39,659 nucleotides of DNA from an uncultured Candidatus Saccharibacteria bacterium (GCA_964483025.1 CAYZZT010000002.1:1-39659), one strand, 5' to 3'. Shown: positions 9,200-19,728, counted from the first letter of the stretch. Translations and numbers: made by a program. The notes: generated by a model from the sequence alone, not told the origin.

Positions 9200-10807
9200 T
9201 TAAAAAGGCTTATTTATTCCCAACTCAGAACAAAACTCACCAATGTCGCTTTGCAGTTTAATCTCCTCCATATGTAATTCCTTCAGTTTTTCTGCAATCT
9301 CTTTAATATCTACAATGTCTTCCTCCTCAAAAGTATCGACATAACGAGGAATATTTAAGTTATAATCATTCTCCTTAATCTCTTTTATACTTGCTTTGTG
9401 TGAGTATTTCTCGATTTCATTTCGATTCTTGTATGTATCAAATATTTTATAAAGATTATCATCTGTCAGATAGTTTTGATTTCCTCTCTTCTCAAATCCT
9501 CTAGAACCGTCGATAAACAAAATATCTTCATCCTCTCGACGACATTTTTTAAACACCAGAACCGTAGCAGGAATAGAAGTTCCGTAAAAGAGATTTGAAG
9601 GTAGTCCAATAACAGCATCAAGATAGTTTTGTTTCTCAATTATATATTTTCTAATCACCCCTTCGGCTCCAGATCTGAACAAAGCACCGTGAGGCAATAC
9701 AATGGCCATGGTTCCATTATCAGCAAGATGGTGCAGCATGTGTGTTACAAAGGCATAATCCGCCGCACCCTTAGGCGCAAGTCTCCCGTATTGAGAAAAT
9801 CTATCATCATGGGCCAATGCAGGATCAGTGTCTCCTTTCCATTGAGCAGAAAATGGAGGGTTGGCAACAATCGCTTCTGCCTTAAGATCTGGATGCATAT
9901 CTTCCTTAAGTGTATCTCCTTGATAAATTTTAAACTTGTCGAAATGAACTCCGTGCAAGATCATGTTCATTCTAGCGAGGTTATACGTTGTTGGGTTTAA
10001 CTCTTGCCCATAATAATTTACAACATCGGTAAATTCACCAAGACGAAGCAGGAGTGAGCCAGAACCACAAGTTGCGTCATAAGCAGATTTAATTCTTTTT
10101 TTATCTGCTGAAACAATTTGAGCAAGTAATCTTGATACCTGGGCTGGAGTATAATACTCGCCTCCCTTTTTACCCGCACCTGCAGCAAACTCTCCGATAA
10201 GATATTCATAAGCATCTCCAAGTAAATCACTCTTTGAATCTTCAAGCTTAAAATCAATACCATTAAGTAGTCCCAGTACTTCGACAACAACTTCGTTCTT
10301 CTCATTTTCTCTCGAACCAAGCTTTGTAGACGTAAGATCCATATCATCAAATAGGCCCTTGAAATCATCTTCACTAGCAGTGCCAGCAGATGTCTTTTCT
10401 ATATCATTAAGAATATTCTTTAGATCCTCCAATATAAACGCTTTTTGATCTTTTATTTCCCCTTTACCTTTTTTAACCAGATATGAAAATAGTTCCGTGG
10501 GTCTTAAGAAAAATCCTAGCTCATCAACACAAGCTTTTTTAATGTGGTCCAAATACTCTTTACCATCTTTTGTGTTTTCCTTTATTTCAGCAAAAGTAAT
10601 ACCGTCACTCTTAAGAAGTTTCTCATTAACAAACATTTCAAGTTTTTCAGATAGATATTTATAGAAAATAAAGCCAAGAATATAGTTCTTATACTCATCA
10701 GCATTCATTTTCCCCCTCAACACATTAGCAACACCCCAAAGCTGTCGCTCTAATATTTTCTTTTGTTCATCTGTCATATTATATATATCATTTAATTTAA
10801 GCCCCAT
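9200..10807 (-). CDS. hsdM: Type I R-M N6-adenine DNA methyltransferase subunit
   Basis: 535 aa. AdoMet motif DATCGSGSLL, catalytic IVANPPFSAQW, and an HsdM N-terminal helical region. Confidence 0.93.
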   Translation of the reverse strand: MGLKLNDIYNMTDEQKKILERQLWGVANVLRGKMNADEYKNYILGFIFYKYLSEKLEMFVNEKLLKSDGITFAEIKENTKDGKEYLDHIKKACVDELGFFLRPTELFSYLVKKGKGEIKDQKAFILEDLKNILNDIEKTSAGTASEDDFKGLFDDMDLTSTKLGSRENEKNEVVVEVLGLLNGIDFKLEDSKSDLLGDAYEYLIGEFAAGAGKKGGEYYTPAQVSRLLAQIVSADKKRIKSAYDATCGSGSLLLRLGEFTDVVNYYGQELNPTTYNLARMNMILHGVHFDKFKIYQGDTLKEDMHPDLKAEAIVANPPFSAQWKGDTDPALAHDDRFSQYGRLAPKGAADYAFVTHMLHHLADNGTMAIVLPHGALFRSGAEGVIRKYIIEKQNYLDAVIGLPSNLFYGTSIPATVLVFKKCRREDEDILFIDGSRGFEKRGNQNYLTDDNLYKIFDTYKNRNEIEKYSHKASIKEIKENDYNLNIPRYVDTFEEEDIVDIKEIAEKLKELHMEEIKLQSDIGEFCSELGINKPF

Positions 10808-10901
10808 TATCTCATATATTTAGTGCTTTTTCCACAAGTGTAAAATACGTCTTTATTAACGTAATTTGCACAGATAAATTTATCCTCGCCTTAGAATGCA
10901 A

Positions 10902-11726
10902 TCACTTCTTCCTCCACCCTGTAACTTTCAATATCAAAAACAATAATACTATTCCACCTAACGTGTACTTCCATCCCCTAACCAAAAAAGCTAATAAATC
11001 CATACAAATGTTAAAAACTGAGTCCATTTGTTTATTACCACCATCTTCAACACCTGACTTATAAACAGGTCCAGTTGAAGTACCTAAAACATTACCCTTA
11101 CTTACTTTCCCTGTACTAGTAGATACAGCAATATCACCACCAGAACTTGCTTTACCATTCGTGTCTATTGTATTCGTGTTAGAAGCTATCGGCTTCTTAA
11201 AGCTTTCTATCTTATTCGCCAAAGAAGAAGCAATTTGATCCGCTTTATCAACAATAGTAGTAGCTGTGTTTAAAGCGACAGCCTGTACAGCCTCCGGTGT
11301 AACATTCCTTGTAATGCTTATGCTTGATTTATCACTATCATATGAAACAAGCGTTTTATCAGAAGGTAGATTTGTAGAAGTGACTTTAACTTTAATATCG
11401 TGACTTCCAGGATCCGCAACCTAATTAGTGGATATATCCCTCAAGCTATCAGCCTTAGAAAGAAATGAAATATTTGAAATCTCTTTATCGTCAACATAAA
11501 AAGTTGAGGTTCCAACAAAATCAACACCAGAATTATTCTGTATTCCCGCATATATCTTTATACTATCACCGTCATTTACAGAAAGTGTTGAATACCAAAC
11601 TGTTGGTAAAATTCTTGCATTAATCTTAATTGGAGTAGAGGATGCATTCTGTGCAAAAACACCTGAAGGCATAACAAAAAAACCGAATGCTAAAACAAAA
11701 AACAATATTGCAGAATTTTTTCTCAT
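10902..11726 (-). pseudogene. signal-peptide / CARDB-like / C-terminal TM-anchor surface protein split by one in-frame TAG (11421-11423)
   Basis: ORFs 11421..11726 (signal peptide MRKNSAILFFVLAFGFFVMPSGVFA) and 10902..11222 (C-terminal anchor GGIVLLFLILKV) are in the same frame. I translated 11420..11223 and found no other stop, so this is one 274-codon frame with a single TAG. Confidence 0.55.
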
Positions 11727-11727
11727 T

Positions 11728-12756
11728 TTATTTTATCTGATCAATCTGCTCACCGTGGAAACTTGCAAAAGAAGTAGTCACAGCTGTCTTACTCTTTGCA
11801 ACATAATTATTTACAGTATATACACCAAATATGAAAACGAGTACAACTAGTCCATTTGTAATTAAAACTGGATGCTTTTTATCTGCTCGGATAACTAACT
11901 TAAGAAATAGTGCTAGTCCGACAAGTGCCACAAGAATAACAAAGACAATATTAACTATATGCCTTGGTGAAGTAGCAAACTTCTGGAAAATGTTTGTTTT
12001 TGAATAAGTCTGCACAGGTGCATCAATCTTTGCTACAGATGAAACAATGGGCGTTACTGTTGCTGTAGATGTTGAAAAAGTCTTCACTATAGCCTTTGTT
12101 GAAGCTCCCATAACCTTTGTTGTTGAAGCTTCTGGTGCTGGTATTACTTTAGTTATTACAGGAGTCTCCTCAACAACATTCTTGCCAGCAGGCTTTCCAA
12201 AGACTTGAGCGACAAAAATAGTAGACTTACCCTCATACGTTCCATTAGCAATTCCCGTGCCCATTTCTGTATATGTATTCTTTACGATGTTTGCTCTGTG
12301 AGCAGGTGAATTCATCCATGCAACAGAAACATCCTGAGAATCAGTAAAATCCACAGCAAGGTTTTCTCCGGCATATTCATAATTATATCCAGCAAGATTA
12401 AACCAGTACCAAGGTTGTTTACCTTCTGGGCTTACGTGAGCAAAGTATCCTTTTTCTGCCATATCCTTCGCTTTCATTTCGGCAACTTTATTCAAAACAG
12501 GACTTACAGTTAAAACAGCAAGATGCTGTGATTGTCTATTCTGGTTTGTAAGATCATCTAAAACAGCTGGAAGAACAGAAGCAAGGTAACTATTATTAGA
12601 AAGATTTAAAGCTGGGAGGAAAGGTAGTCCTAACACCCCAAGCTCCATAAGAAAAACAATTACAATAAGCGTGCGTATATTTTTGATACGCAAAAAGTGA
12701 GGCTGGTGGTCGTTGCCTTCGTGAGGTATAAAATGTTTTTTGAGCCACTTAAACAT
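11728..12756 (-). CDS. CAP/SCP (YkwD-like) domain membrane protein
   Basis: 342 aa. N-terminal TM segment. CAP-domain motifs YFAHVSPEG ... GENLA ... WMNSPAHRANI. A second TM segment near the C-terminus. Stop lies 1 nt from the next gene. Confidence 0.8.
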   Translation of the reverse strand: MFKWLKKHFIPHEGNDHQPHFLRIKNIRTLIVIVFLMELGVLGLPFLPALNLSNNSYLASVLPAVLDDLTNQNRQSQHLAVLTVSPVLNKVAEMKAKDMAEKGYFAHVSPEGKQPWYWFNLAGYNYEYAGENLAVDFTDSQDVSVAWMNSPAHRANIVKNTYTEMGTGIANGTYEGKSTIFVAQVFGKPAGKNVVEETPVITKVIPAPEASTTKVMGASTKAIVKTFSTSTATVTPIVSSVAKIDAPVQTYSKTNIFQKFATSPRHIVNIVFVILVALVGLALFLKLVIRADKKHPVLITNGLVVLVFIFGVYTVNNYVAKSKTAVTTSFASFHGEQIDQIK

Positions 12757-12781
12757 AATTTTATATTTAACTTATTGTAAC

Positions 12782-12819
12782 AAATATTCCGCCTAAGAGT
12801 AAGCTTAGACGGAATATTT
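12782..12819. terminator. hairpin terminator downstream of 12839..13126
   Basis: AAATATTCCGCCTAAG / CTTAGACGGAATATTT: a 16-bp stem with one G.U-type mismatch and a 6-nt loop. Confidence 0.6.
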
Positions 12820-12838
12820 TAGAAACTAGATTGTGAGA

Positions 12839-13126
12839 TTATTTAAGAGTTCCGTCTGCAATCATTGCTTGCATTGTCTTTATGATTTCTGCAAGTGTTG
12901 CCTGAAGTCCTTTGATGATAGTAGCTTTTTCAGAAGCTGAAAGGTTATTCCAGTTTGTTGTCTCCGCACCCAAGACCTTACCAGCTGGAGCTGTAAATGT
13001 TACAGCTTGTCTTCGTGATCCTCCTGAAGATGATCCTCCTCCATAACCAACAAGCGCTGAAGCTGACTGTACGCCAACGAAAGCAAACATAAACGCAACC
13101 AAACTAATGCTTAATATTTTTTTCAT
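12839..13126 (-). CDS. small secreted protein
   Basis: 95 aa. Signal peptide MKKILSISLVAFMFAFVGVQSASA, a Gly/Ser-rich linker, own promoter and terminator. Confidence 0.6.
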   Translation of the reverse strand: MKKILSISLVAFMFAFVGVQSASALVGYGGGSSSGGSRRQAVTFTAPAGKVLGAETTNWNNLSASEKATIIKGLQATLAEIIKTMQAMIADGTLK

Positions 13127-13161
13127 TTATTGTAATTATTAACTTTATAAAACTTAAATCA

Positions 13162-13190
13162 AGTGTACCACAAGAGACTATTCTTGTCAA
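13162..13190 (-). promoter_or_regulatory. sigma70-like promoter for the 95-aa gene
   Basis: On the minus strand: TTGACA (13190-13185), 17 nt, TACACT (13167-13162), about 35 nt upstream of the ATG. Confidence 0.45.
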
Positions 13191-13203
13191 TGCGTATATT
13201 ATA

Positions 13204-14847
13204 TCAAAACGTACTATATAGGTCAATAGTCCATCTGTTAATAACCTTTTGTGTATATTTAGAGCCAAGAAACGGGTATTCTAGATCATCCTCACTCTCC
13301 ACATCATTAGTATAAATGATGTATTTTATCCCCTTTTGCCTCAAAAACTCAATGGTGGAATCGGGGTTTGCATCATTATCAATTACAAGCTTTTCAATCT
13401 CTGCATACTCTTCCCCATTCCCTCCTTGGCTTTCAATACTCCCAAGTTCCATATTTTTCCCGTGCACAATATCACAATCAAAATAACTTCTAGAAACATT
13501 CGCAGTTAAAATATCATCATTCCATTTCAAAGAATAATATTGATGCCAAGGGAGAAATAGAGCTTTACAATTTTGATCCTGTTTCAAAATATTATTTACC
13601 TCTGCCCACTCTTTTGGATATTGTACAGTCTGTAATTGCCCCGCAAATCCAAATAACATCATTGGAGTGATAAATAACGGAATTGAAATTAGAATATAAA
13701 AAACAATTCTTCTATATTCGAGCTTTTTTATGTGACCCAAAATTGTTTGAGTACCGAGCCCTGCAAATAATGCATATCCAAGAGCAAGCACGCCAGACCA
13801 CTTTTCTGAATCACGAAAGCCTTTCCAAAAAGAAATATTTTCAAACATCCACATGTTTAAATTCTTAAAAATACTGTCAGCAACCCCACAAGAAAAAACA
13901 AGAGAAAGAAACATTACAAAAACTGCTACACCTGTACCGAACCTTAATCTTTTATCTTTAAATCCTAAATATATTCCGGAAATTACAAGAGTAAAAAGAA
14001 GTGTAAAGAAAATCCCGAATGACAAACCAAATTCTTTTGGCAACAAAAATCTTTCGACCCAAGGCTCATGTTCACCCCAGAAGCCGTGTAGTGTTAGTAC
14101 ATTTCCAACAGTACCCAAGCTTATGTCTGAAGCTGTTTTGAATACCTCCCAATGTTCAGAGCTAAAAGTGGTTATAGGAGTATTTTTGCTCAACATAGCT
14201 GGAACAATCCAGTAGCTACTTATTACGAGCACACCGAGTGCCAATAAGAGGCTTTTCTTTAAAAAATCAAAACTAAATTTCTGTTTTATAAAATTAACAA
14301 TCAAAAAAATTGCTATTAAAATAAGTGAAATCATTAAATAATGAGTGGATATAGCGCCCATTAAGATTATGACCCAAAGAAACTTCAGACCATTTTTGTA
14401 AGTCCATTCTCTACAAAATTCTATAAGGTATGTTGTCAGTGGAACCAAAAGTGCATAGCCGAAAATTACTGCCCACTGCCCTGCTAAAAATCTTTCATAT
14501 ACAAAAGGATTAATAGCGAAAAATAACGATGAAACATATTCAGCTCCATGGGTATTTTCTATTTTAAATATCTTCTTAAAGAAATGTAACGGAAGGTAAA
14601 AAAGTAAAAAGAATATTGTAATTAGAAGGATTTTTTGAGCAATCCAGCCGTTAAAAACAAAAGTTAAGAATGAAAGCACATATTTAGTCGGCAAGGTATT
14701 AATAAGAGCCCCTTCTGCTGGTACCAGGTTTATATGCGGACCAAATATCATATCTAAAGTTAGAACATAACCACTAGCAAGAAGTTGCCATAATACAATT
14801 ACAGCTCCGAGTAAAGCAAAAATTATGTATAGGTTATTTTTCTTCAT
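13204..14847 (-). CDS. large polytopic membrane protein, putative GT-C-type glycosyl/polymer transferase
   Basis: About 12 hydrophobic segments followed by a soluble C-terminal domain. ATG at 14847 is preferred over TTG at 14880. Sits in the glycan cluster. Confidence 0.65.
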   Translation of the reverse strand: MKKNNLYIIFALLGAVIVLWQLLASGYVLTLDMIFGPHINLVPAEGALINTLPTKYVLSFLTFVFNGWIAQKILLITIFFLLFYLPLHFFKKIFKIENTHGAEYVSSLFFAINPFVYERFLAGQWAVIFGYALLVPLTTYLIEFCREWTYKNGLKFLWVIILMGAISTHYLMISLILIAIFLIVNFIKQKFSFDFLKKSLLLALGVLVISSYWIVPAMLSKNTPITTFSSEHWEVFKTASDISLGTVGNVLTLHGFWGEHEPWVERFLLPKEFGLSFGIFFTLLFTLVISGIYLGFKDKRLRFGTGVAVFVMFLSLVFSCGVADSIFKNLNMWMFENISFWKGFRDSEKWSGVLALGYALFAGLGTQTILGHIKKLEYRRIVFYILISIPLFITPMMLFGFAGQLQTVQYPKEWAEVNNILKQDQNCKALFLPWHQYYSLKWNDDILTANVSRSYFDCDIVHGKNMELGSIESQGGNGEEYAEIEKLVIDNDANPDSTIEFLRQKGIKYIIYTNDVESEDDLEYPFLGSKYTQKVINRWTIDLYSTF

Positions 14848-15205
14848 CTTTATATAATTCTGGATGACGCTTAAATTCAATAATTTGAAGCACTACAGTC
14901 ATAACAAGAAAAAAGTAGGCGTATACTGCCATTTGCTCAGCAAGAGCATCTTGCTTGAATTGCAAAAGAAAAGGACATGTAGCAAGAGAGATCAAAGCAA
15001 GCACACCAATTACCCTATTATCCAATTCATATAGAGCAAAAGCCAAAAACAAGAACCAAAGCAGTCCGGCACTTATACCCAAATATATACCAATTGAAAT
15101 TGAAGCTACAATCAAAAAAACTCCACTTTTCTTTTTTGTGAGAATATCTTTTTTTATCAACTTAAAGAGATTAAGCCAGAATTGTTTTTTAATTTTTTTT
15201 TTCAT
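14834..15205 (-). CDS. small integral membrane protein
   Basis: 123 aa with 3-4 TM segments. Overlaps both neighbours (17 nt and 14 nt), consistent with operon coupling. Confidence 0.5.
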   Translation of the reverse strand: MKKKIKKQFWLNLFKLIKKDILTKKKSGVFLIVASISIGIYLGISAGLLWFLFLAFALYELDNRVIGVLALISLATCPFLLQFKQDALAEQMAVYAYFFLVMTVVLQIIEFKRHPELYKDEEK

Positions 15206-17945
15206 TTTTGTTTTTTCTTCGTCTTTTAATTGATTTTACACCTTCATAGCCTAAATACCCAACACACCCAGCGAGCGTTGTACCAGAAATAAGTAAACCG
15301 AGATAAAACCATCTTTGTGGAAAGAATTCGATAGTCATCTCAATATCATATGAACCATCTAGATTTTTGATACAAAGATTATTATTTTTGCAATAGTGAT
15401 CTGTATCCACATACCAAGCATTGAGGAAGTCATTGAGCTTATAATGATATTCATCGGGAATTCTGTCTGGCTTCACAAAAGGAATCCAAGAATCAAAAAA
15501 TCCATTTATCTTACTGTTGTTGAACTGCAATTGCCATTTATCGTGGTAACTCTCGCTCATCGCAATATAGAAAGGAGTTGTGGCACCTTTTATATGAACA
15601 AGTTTTTTTGTGGGGTTAATTAAATCAAACGTTATAGATTTTGGCTCAAAGAGTTTAATTTCAGGTTCACTCACTAAATAATATGCATCACTTAAATCTG
15701 GGACTTCAATTAATTTAAAATTATCATATCTATTTATTATATTTGTTTTTCCATCTGTTGAGTCAGCATAAACATATATCGCTATTTTAGTAGCATCTTT
15801 TGGAACTTTAATAGTTTTTGTGAAAGTGTGCCATTCACTGTTCTTAATATCCAAATCCTCCGAAATCGAGGTTTTATTTTTATCATTGAAACCTAGATAA
15901 TATGATGAATGTTCTGCATTTGGACTTTGATAGTCAAAACTGAATTGATATGAGCCACCACCTCTAATGGTTAGTATCTTTGAAGTACAAGCGATATGCC
16001 TTTCTGCTTCAAGTTTAAGAGATTGTTCTCCGTCAGATTTAATATTTTTATCAAGACTACTTTTAATAATTGGATTTTTATCAAAATTATGACAATCAGA
16101 TACAACGTTGTTCCATAAACCATTTTCAAAAGAGGGATTATTTATAAGATTATCTAAATTCATCTCCTGTGTTTTATACTCTATATAATTATTATTTTTA
16201 TAATCCAAAGTAACCATATCCGAGGTTAAAACATCGCCATTCAAATATAAATTACTTAAATGCGTTTTCTCATTAGCATAAAGTTTAGTTCCCTCACTTA
16301 TACTACCAATAGATTCCTTAAATAAAATATTATTTTCAAATAATAGTTTAACTTTTGCAGATTCTTGTAAAAGTTTGTCTGATGTAAAGTTCGCTGGGTA
16401 AGTTAACACATTTTTAATAAAGTTTACTTTATTCTCTATATTTTTAGTTGAACTAATCTCATACAAATTATTAATCGCATATATTTGAGGATTTAAATTC
16501 TTATTATTAAGTAATAATAATTTATTATTAATAACTAATCTTGGCTCAAAGTTATCCAAATTTAGATCACCACAAGTAACTATAAAATCAAAGTTATTTC
16601 CAACGACTTCATTAAAATTTGATTTACTGACTGTCTTTACCTGAACATTATTCGATAATAAAACTTGATTTAACTCAGGAGTAAAATACTTATTACATAC
16701 AACATCTTCAATTATCAGAAGGTTCTTATTATCAAAATCAACACCATTAAATAGGCCGGATGAAATCTTTGGAATTAATAACTTATTATATAGTTCATTA
16801 ATTATATATATGTTTGATCCAAAAATAAAAACAAAAACAGGAACGTAAATCAGAAATTTATAACCACTTCTGGTGTATTGTTTTAATTGAATCGCAAGAA
16901 ATGTAAATAAGAAGAAAGGAATATAAAGTTGCCACTTTAAAGGAGATCTGAAAGCCCATCCACCCGGCAATGAATTAATAAATGAAAAAAAAGTGTCTGT
17001 ACCAAACATTACTCCAGTCGAAAATAATTCAGTAATTAGAAATAATACTAAGAATAATAAAGAAAGTTTATTTTCTCTCTTTGTTAAATATTTTCTTTTT
17101 ATAAATAATAAACAGAGACCTAAAATATATATACACCATACTGAAATTATATATATCATTTTAAATGAATCGTCATAGAATTCAAAATCTTTAAATACAG
17201 GCTTTGCCATAGATAAAGCCCCTAGCATACCTCCAGTATTTGCAAGATTCAAAATACTTCCAGATTTCTGTGGATCATTAATTAGACCGTTTAAGATAGA
17301 CCCTTTATCTAAAGTCCCCAAACAGAACACCGCAACAAATATTGAAAAATTTAATAATACAGATAAAACTATGGCAATGAAAATATTCTTTGAAAATTTA
17401 ATCCTTTTTTTAGTTAGTTTATATGCTAAATAAATTAATGCGATTAATAAGTTAACAACAAGTGTGAATGGGTGAATTAAGGAAATATTTAAAAACAAAG
17501 CTGAAAAAAGTATATATCTACTTTTTTCAGTATCAAAAAACCTTTTAATACAAACAAGTATTAAAGGGAGCATCGCAACAGCAATACTTAAACCAATCTT
17601 AGCCATATTTCCGATAAAAATAGGATTCAGAATAAAGAGAAATGAAGCTAAGATGTTTAGAAAATTACTTTTAATGCCAATAAAATACTTAAGAAAATAA
17701 TAGAAACTAAAAAAACATATAAATACAGCTAAAAAAATATAAAAATATGAAACTACTAATGAATTAGATAAATAAAATACTACTGAATTAATCATTCTTG
17801 GAAATACCCTCAATACTCCATCTAAATTTACTGAACCAGACTGAAAAGACCATAGATAAAATGTTTTATATAAATACACAACAAGTGATGATGGAAAACT
17901 ATAGTCACCAGTAAATAAGAATAGGCTATTCATAAAATTTATCAA
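15189..17945 (-). CDS. 918-aa polytopic membrane protein with C-terminal carbohydrate-binding-like beta-sandwich (GT-C/AftD-like architecture)
   Basis: N-terminal ~400 aa contain many TM helices. The C-terminal part NPSFENGLWNN...GEQSLKLEAE...YQFSFDYQ...YDNFKLIEV resembles CBM4_9-type modules. A final TM helix follows. Confidence 0.65.
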   Translation of the reverse strand: MINFMNSLFLFTGDYSFPSSLVVYLYKTFYLWSFQSGSVNLDGVLRVFPRMINSVVFYLSNSLVVSYFYIFLAVFICFFSFYYFLKYFIGIKSNFLNILASFLFILNPIFIGNMAKIGLSIAVAMLPLILVCIKRFFDTEKSRYILFSALFLNISLIHPFTLVVNLLIALIYLAYKLTKKRIKFSKNIFIAIVLSVLLNFSIFVAVFCLGTLDKGSILNGLINDPQKSGSILNLANTGGMLGALSMAKPVFKDFEFYDDSFKMIYIISVWCIYILGLCLLFIKRKYLTKRENKLSLLFLVLFLITELFSTGVMFGTDTFFSFINSLPGGWAFRSPLKWQLYIPFFLFTFLAIQLKQYTRSGYKFLIYVPVFVFIFGSNIYIINELYNKLLIPKISSGLFNGVDFDNKNLLIIEDVVCNKYFTPELNQVLLSNNVQVKTVSKSNFNEVVGNNFDFIVTCGDLNLDNFEPRLVINNKLLLLNNKNLNPQIYAINNLYEISSTKNIENKVNFIKNVLTYPANFTSDKLLQESAKVKLLFENNILFKESIGSISEGTKLYANEKTHLSNLYLNGDVLTSDMVTLDYKNNNYIEYKTQEMNLDNLINNPSFENGLWNNVVSDCHNFDKNPIIKSSLDKNIKSDGEQSLKLEAERHIACTSKILTIRGGGSYQFSFDYQSPNAEHSSYYLGFNDKNKTSISEDLDIKNSEWHTFTKTIKVPKDATKIAIYVYADSTDGKTNIINRYDNFKLIEVPDLSDAYYLVSEPEIKLFEPKSITFDLINPTKKLVHIKGATTPFYIAMSESYHDKWQLQFNNSKINGFFDSWIPFVKPDRIPDEYHYKLNDFLNAWYVDTDHYCKNNNLCIKNLDGSYDIEMTIEFFPQRWFYLGLLISGTTLAGCVGYLGYEGVKSIKRRRKNKNEKKN

Positions 17946-18966
17946 TAAAATTTTGCATTTTTAAGTAATCAACATCATGTATATCCAAAAAATTACTCAC
18001 TCCAATTAATTTAAACAATTCTGTATTCTTGTTATCGTAACTTATTGGCAAAAAAGGAGTATTGGTAAGATGTGCAACCATTTGTCCATGTAGCTGTGGA
18101 GAAATAACTATTGAAGTCTTATTATACTTACGGAAAAGAAAAAGTAATGCCATTGGGTTAAAATCAAAGTCCATTAACACAATATTACCAAACTCACCTG
18201 CAAGTTGTTCAAACATTAACCAATCCCTCATATCTATAGTTTTAGTCTCTAGCAATAATAAGATTATATGCTTATCCGTGTTTTTCTCTATAAGTGTTCT
18301 AATTCCCTCACGGAAATTATCGTCCTCGTTTTTTGAAAACCTCCTGAGAGTGATGAATATATTTTTTTTAGTTGGATCAACAATTCTTTCAAGTGCATTT
18401 ACACCACTTTCATACAAAGTATCATCTACTTGAGCAAAATTAAATACTATATCTTTATCCAGGGATACTTTTTTAGAAAATTTAGAAAAATTCAAATATG
18501 TCTCCATGTCTCTAGCGATTATTATATTACTAGAAATTGCAACTAAAAAAGCCGCAAATTTACCAAGTTTTGTTGTCGAATTGTAGTAACCAACCCCTAA
18601 CAAATATATTTTTTTTCTAAGAACATGTCTTTGAAGGAAAATTATTATACTTAGAATCAATACATTTTTATTAAAATCTAACCCCCAAATACCACCTCCT
18701 CCAATTATCAAATTTTTTGTTTTTAACAGATTATATAAAAACTTTATATTATTTGTAATTATTTTATATCCATCAAATCTATTATGATAATTGTCATACT
18801 TTACATAATTTAGATAATAGACACCGATATCCTTAATATTATTTTTTTTAAAAACATTCAATAAAGTTTCAAGCAATAATTCATCTCCAAAATTACCACC
18901 ACCGTAATAACCTATCAATATTGAGTTATCCAATTTTGTATTTTTTATGAAATCTTGTATTGTCAT
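17926..18966 (-). CDS. polysaccharide pyruvyl transferase family protein
   Basis: N-terminal ILIGYYGGGNFGDELLLETLL is the typical CsaB/WcaK-type signature. Confidence 0.78.
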   Translation of the reverse strand: MTIQDFIKNTKLDNSILIGYYGGGNFGDELLLETLLNVFKKNNIKDIGVYYLNYVKYDNYHNRFDGYKIITNNIKFLYNLLKTKNLIIGGGGIWGLDFNKNVLILSIIIFLQRHVLRKKIYLLGVGYYNSTTKLGKFAAFLVAISSNIIIARDMETYLNFSKFSKKVSLDKDIVFNFAQVDDTLYESGVNALERIVDPTKKNIFITLRRFSKNEDDNFREGIRTLIEKNTDKHIILLLLETKTIDMRDWLMFEQLAGEFGNIVLMDFDFNPMALLFLFRKYNKTSIVISPQLHGQMVAHLTNTPFLPISYDNKNTELFKLIGVSNFLDIHDVDYLKMQNFIDKFYE

Positions 18967-18967
18967 A

Positions 18968-19726
18968 TTAGTTCGTTATCTCGTTAACAGTCTTAACATC
19001 TATTAAACCCTCATCTCTTTTTAGAGCAATGTATTTCATGATTATTTCAAAATCCTCCATTGGATAAACCAAAGCATTTTTATTTGTTCCAATTTTGTGA
19101 AAATTCAAATGTATATATTTTTTAGACGTTATTGCCTCATCAATATATTTCTCTATTTCATCTGGTTTTTTATTAGCTACTCCCAGTCGAGATATATGAT
19201 ACTTATCGACAGGAATACTATTTAATCCAACAACACCATCTGTTGATGAGTTGATGTAGGGTTTAATTAGACCCAATATTCGATCGTCTATTTTGTTTTC
19301 TGGTGGAACAAATTCACTGGCACCCCTCACCCACCCGTTTGAGATTAGTTGATCCCTCGCATTCTTAACCAACGCTACAATCTCTCTATCGCTTCGGCTT
19401 TCTAAATTCCAATGAAGACTTGTGTGATTTCCTATCATCCAACCATTATCATACATTTCCTGCAATTGTTCGCGAGATATCATCCCCTTATTTCCTATAA
19501 AATTAGTAATACAATAGTTGTTTCCTCTTATGTTTAAACCCTTCATTACAGGAAAAGCTTTTAAATAAATACTTTCATCATTGTCGTCAAATGCAATACT
19601 GATTACTGCTTTTTCTAAAACTACATCATTTTTTTGCTTTGGTTTAGTATTTAAAACAACATATATACAGAGAAAAATAACAGCAAGCATAAAAACATAT
19701 AATATAATTTTATTTTTTCTAGGCAT
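18968..19726 (-). CDS. polysaccharide deacetylase (NodB homology domain), membrane anchored
   Basis: N-terminal TM segment. ISIAFDDNDES (NodB motif 1) and IGNHTSLH (His motif). Confidence 0.8.
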   Translation of the reverse strand: MPRKNKIILYVFMLAVIFLCIYVVLNTKPKQKNDVVLEKAVISIAFDDNDESIYLKAFPVMKGLNIRGNNYCITNFIGNKGMISREQLQEMYDNGWMIGNHTSLHWNLESRSDREIVALVKNARDQLISNGWVRGASEFVPPENKIDDRILGLIKPYINSSTDGVVGLNSIPVDKYHISRLGVANKKPDEIEKYIDEAITSKKYIHLNFHKIGTNKNALVYPMEDFEIIMKYIALKRDEGLIDVKTVNEITN

Positions 19727-19728
19727 AT

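Noticed and set aside
3112-10374. Internal or antisense ORFs within hsdR, orf248, OLD, hsdS and hsdM: 3112..3360, 5441..5635, 5830..6213, 7500..7808, 7619..7978, 8355..8606, 8638..8862, 9629..10000 and 10018..10374
   Set aside because: All lie fully inside longer ORFs that have clear family motifs. Their sequences are low-complexity or hydrophobic, as is typical of AT-rich shadow frames.
11421-11423. In-frame TAG as evidence of stop-codon reassignment
   Set aside because: TAG terminates well-conserved genes at their expected ends: gatA at 33005, the LAGLIDADG gene at 30228 and the 359-aa gene at 31747. No other in-frame TAGs were noticed, so a nonsense mutation or population variant is more parsimonious.
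15193-15202. A10 tract directly after the ATG of the 123-aa membrane-protein gene (also the C-terminal codons of the 918-aa gene) as a slipped-strand phase-variation switch
   Set aside because: It encodes a Lys run (MKKKIKK / KNKNEKKN), which is common at termini in this AT-rich genome. Similar A/T runs of 7-8 occur at other gene starts. There is no evidence of length polymorphism from a single sequence.
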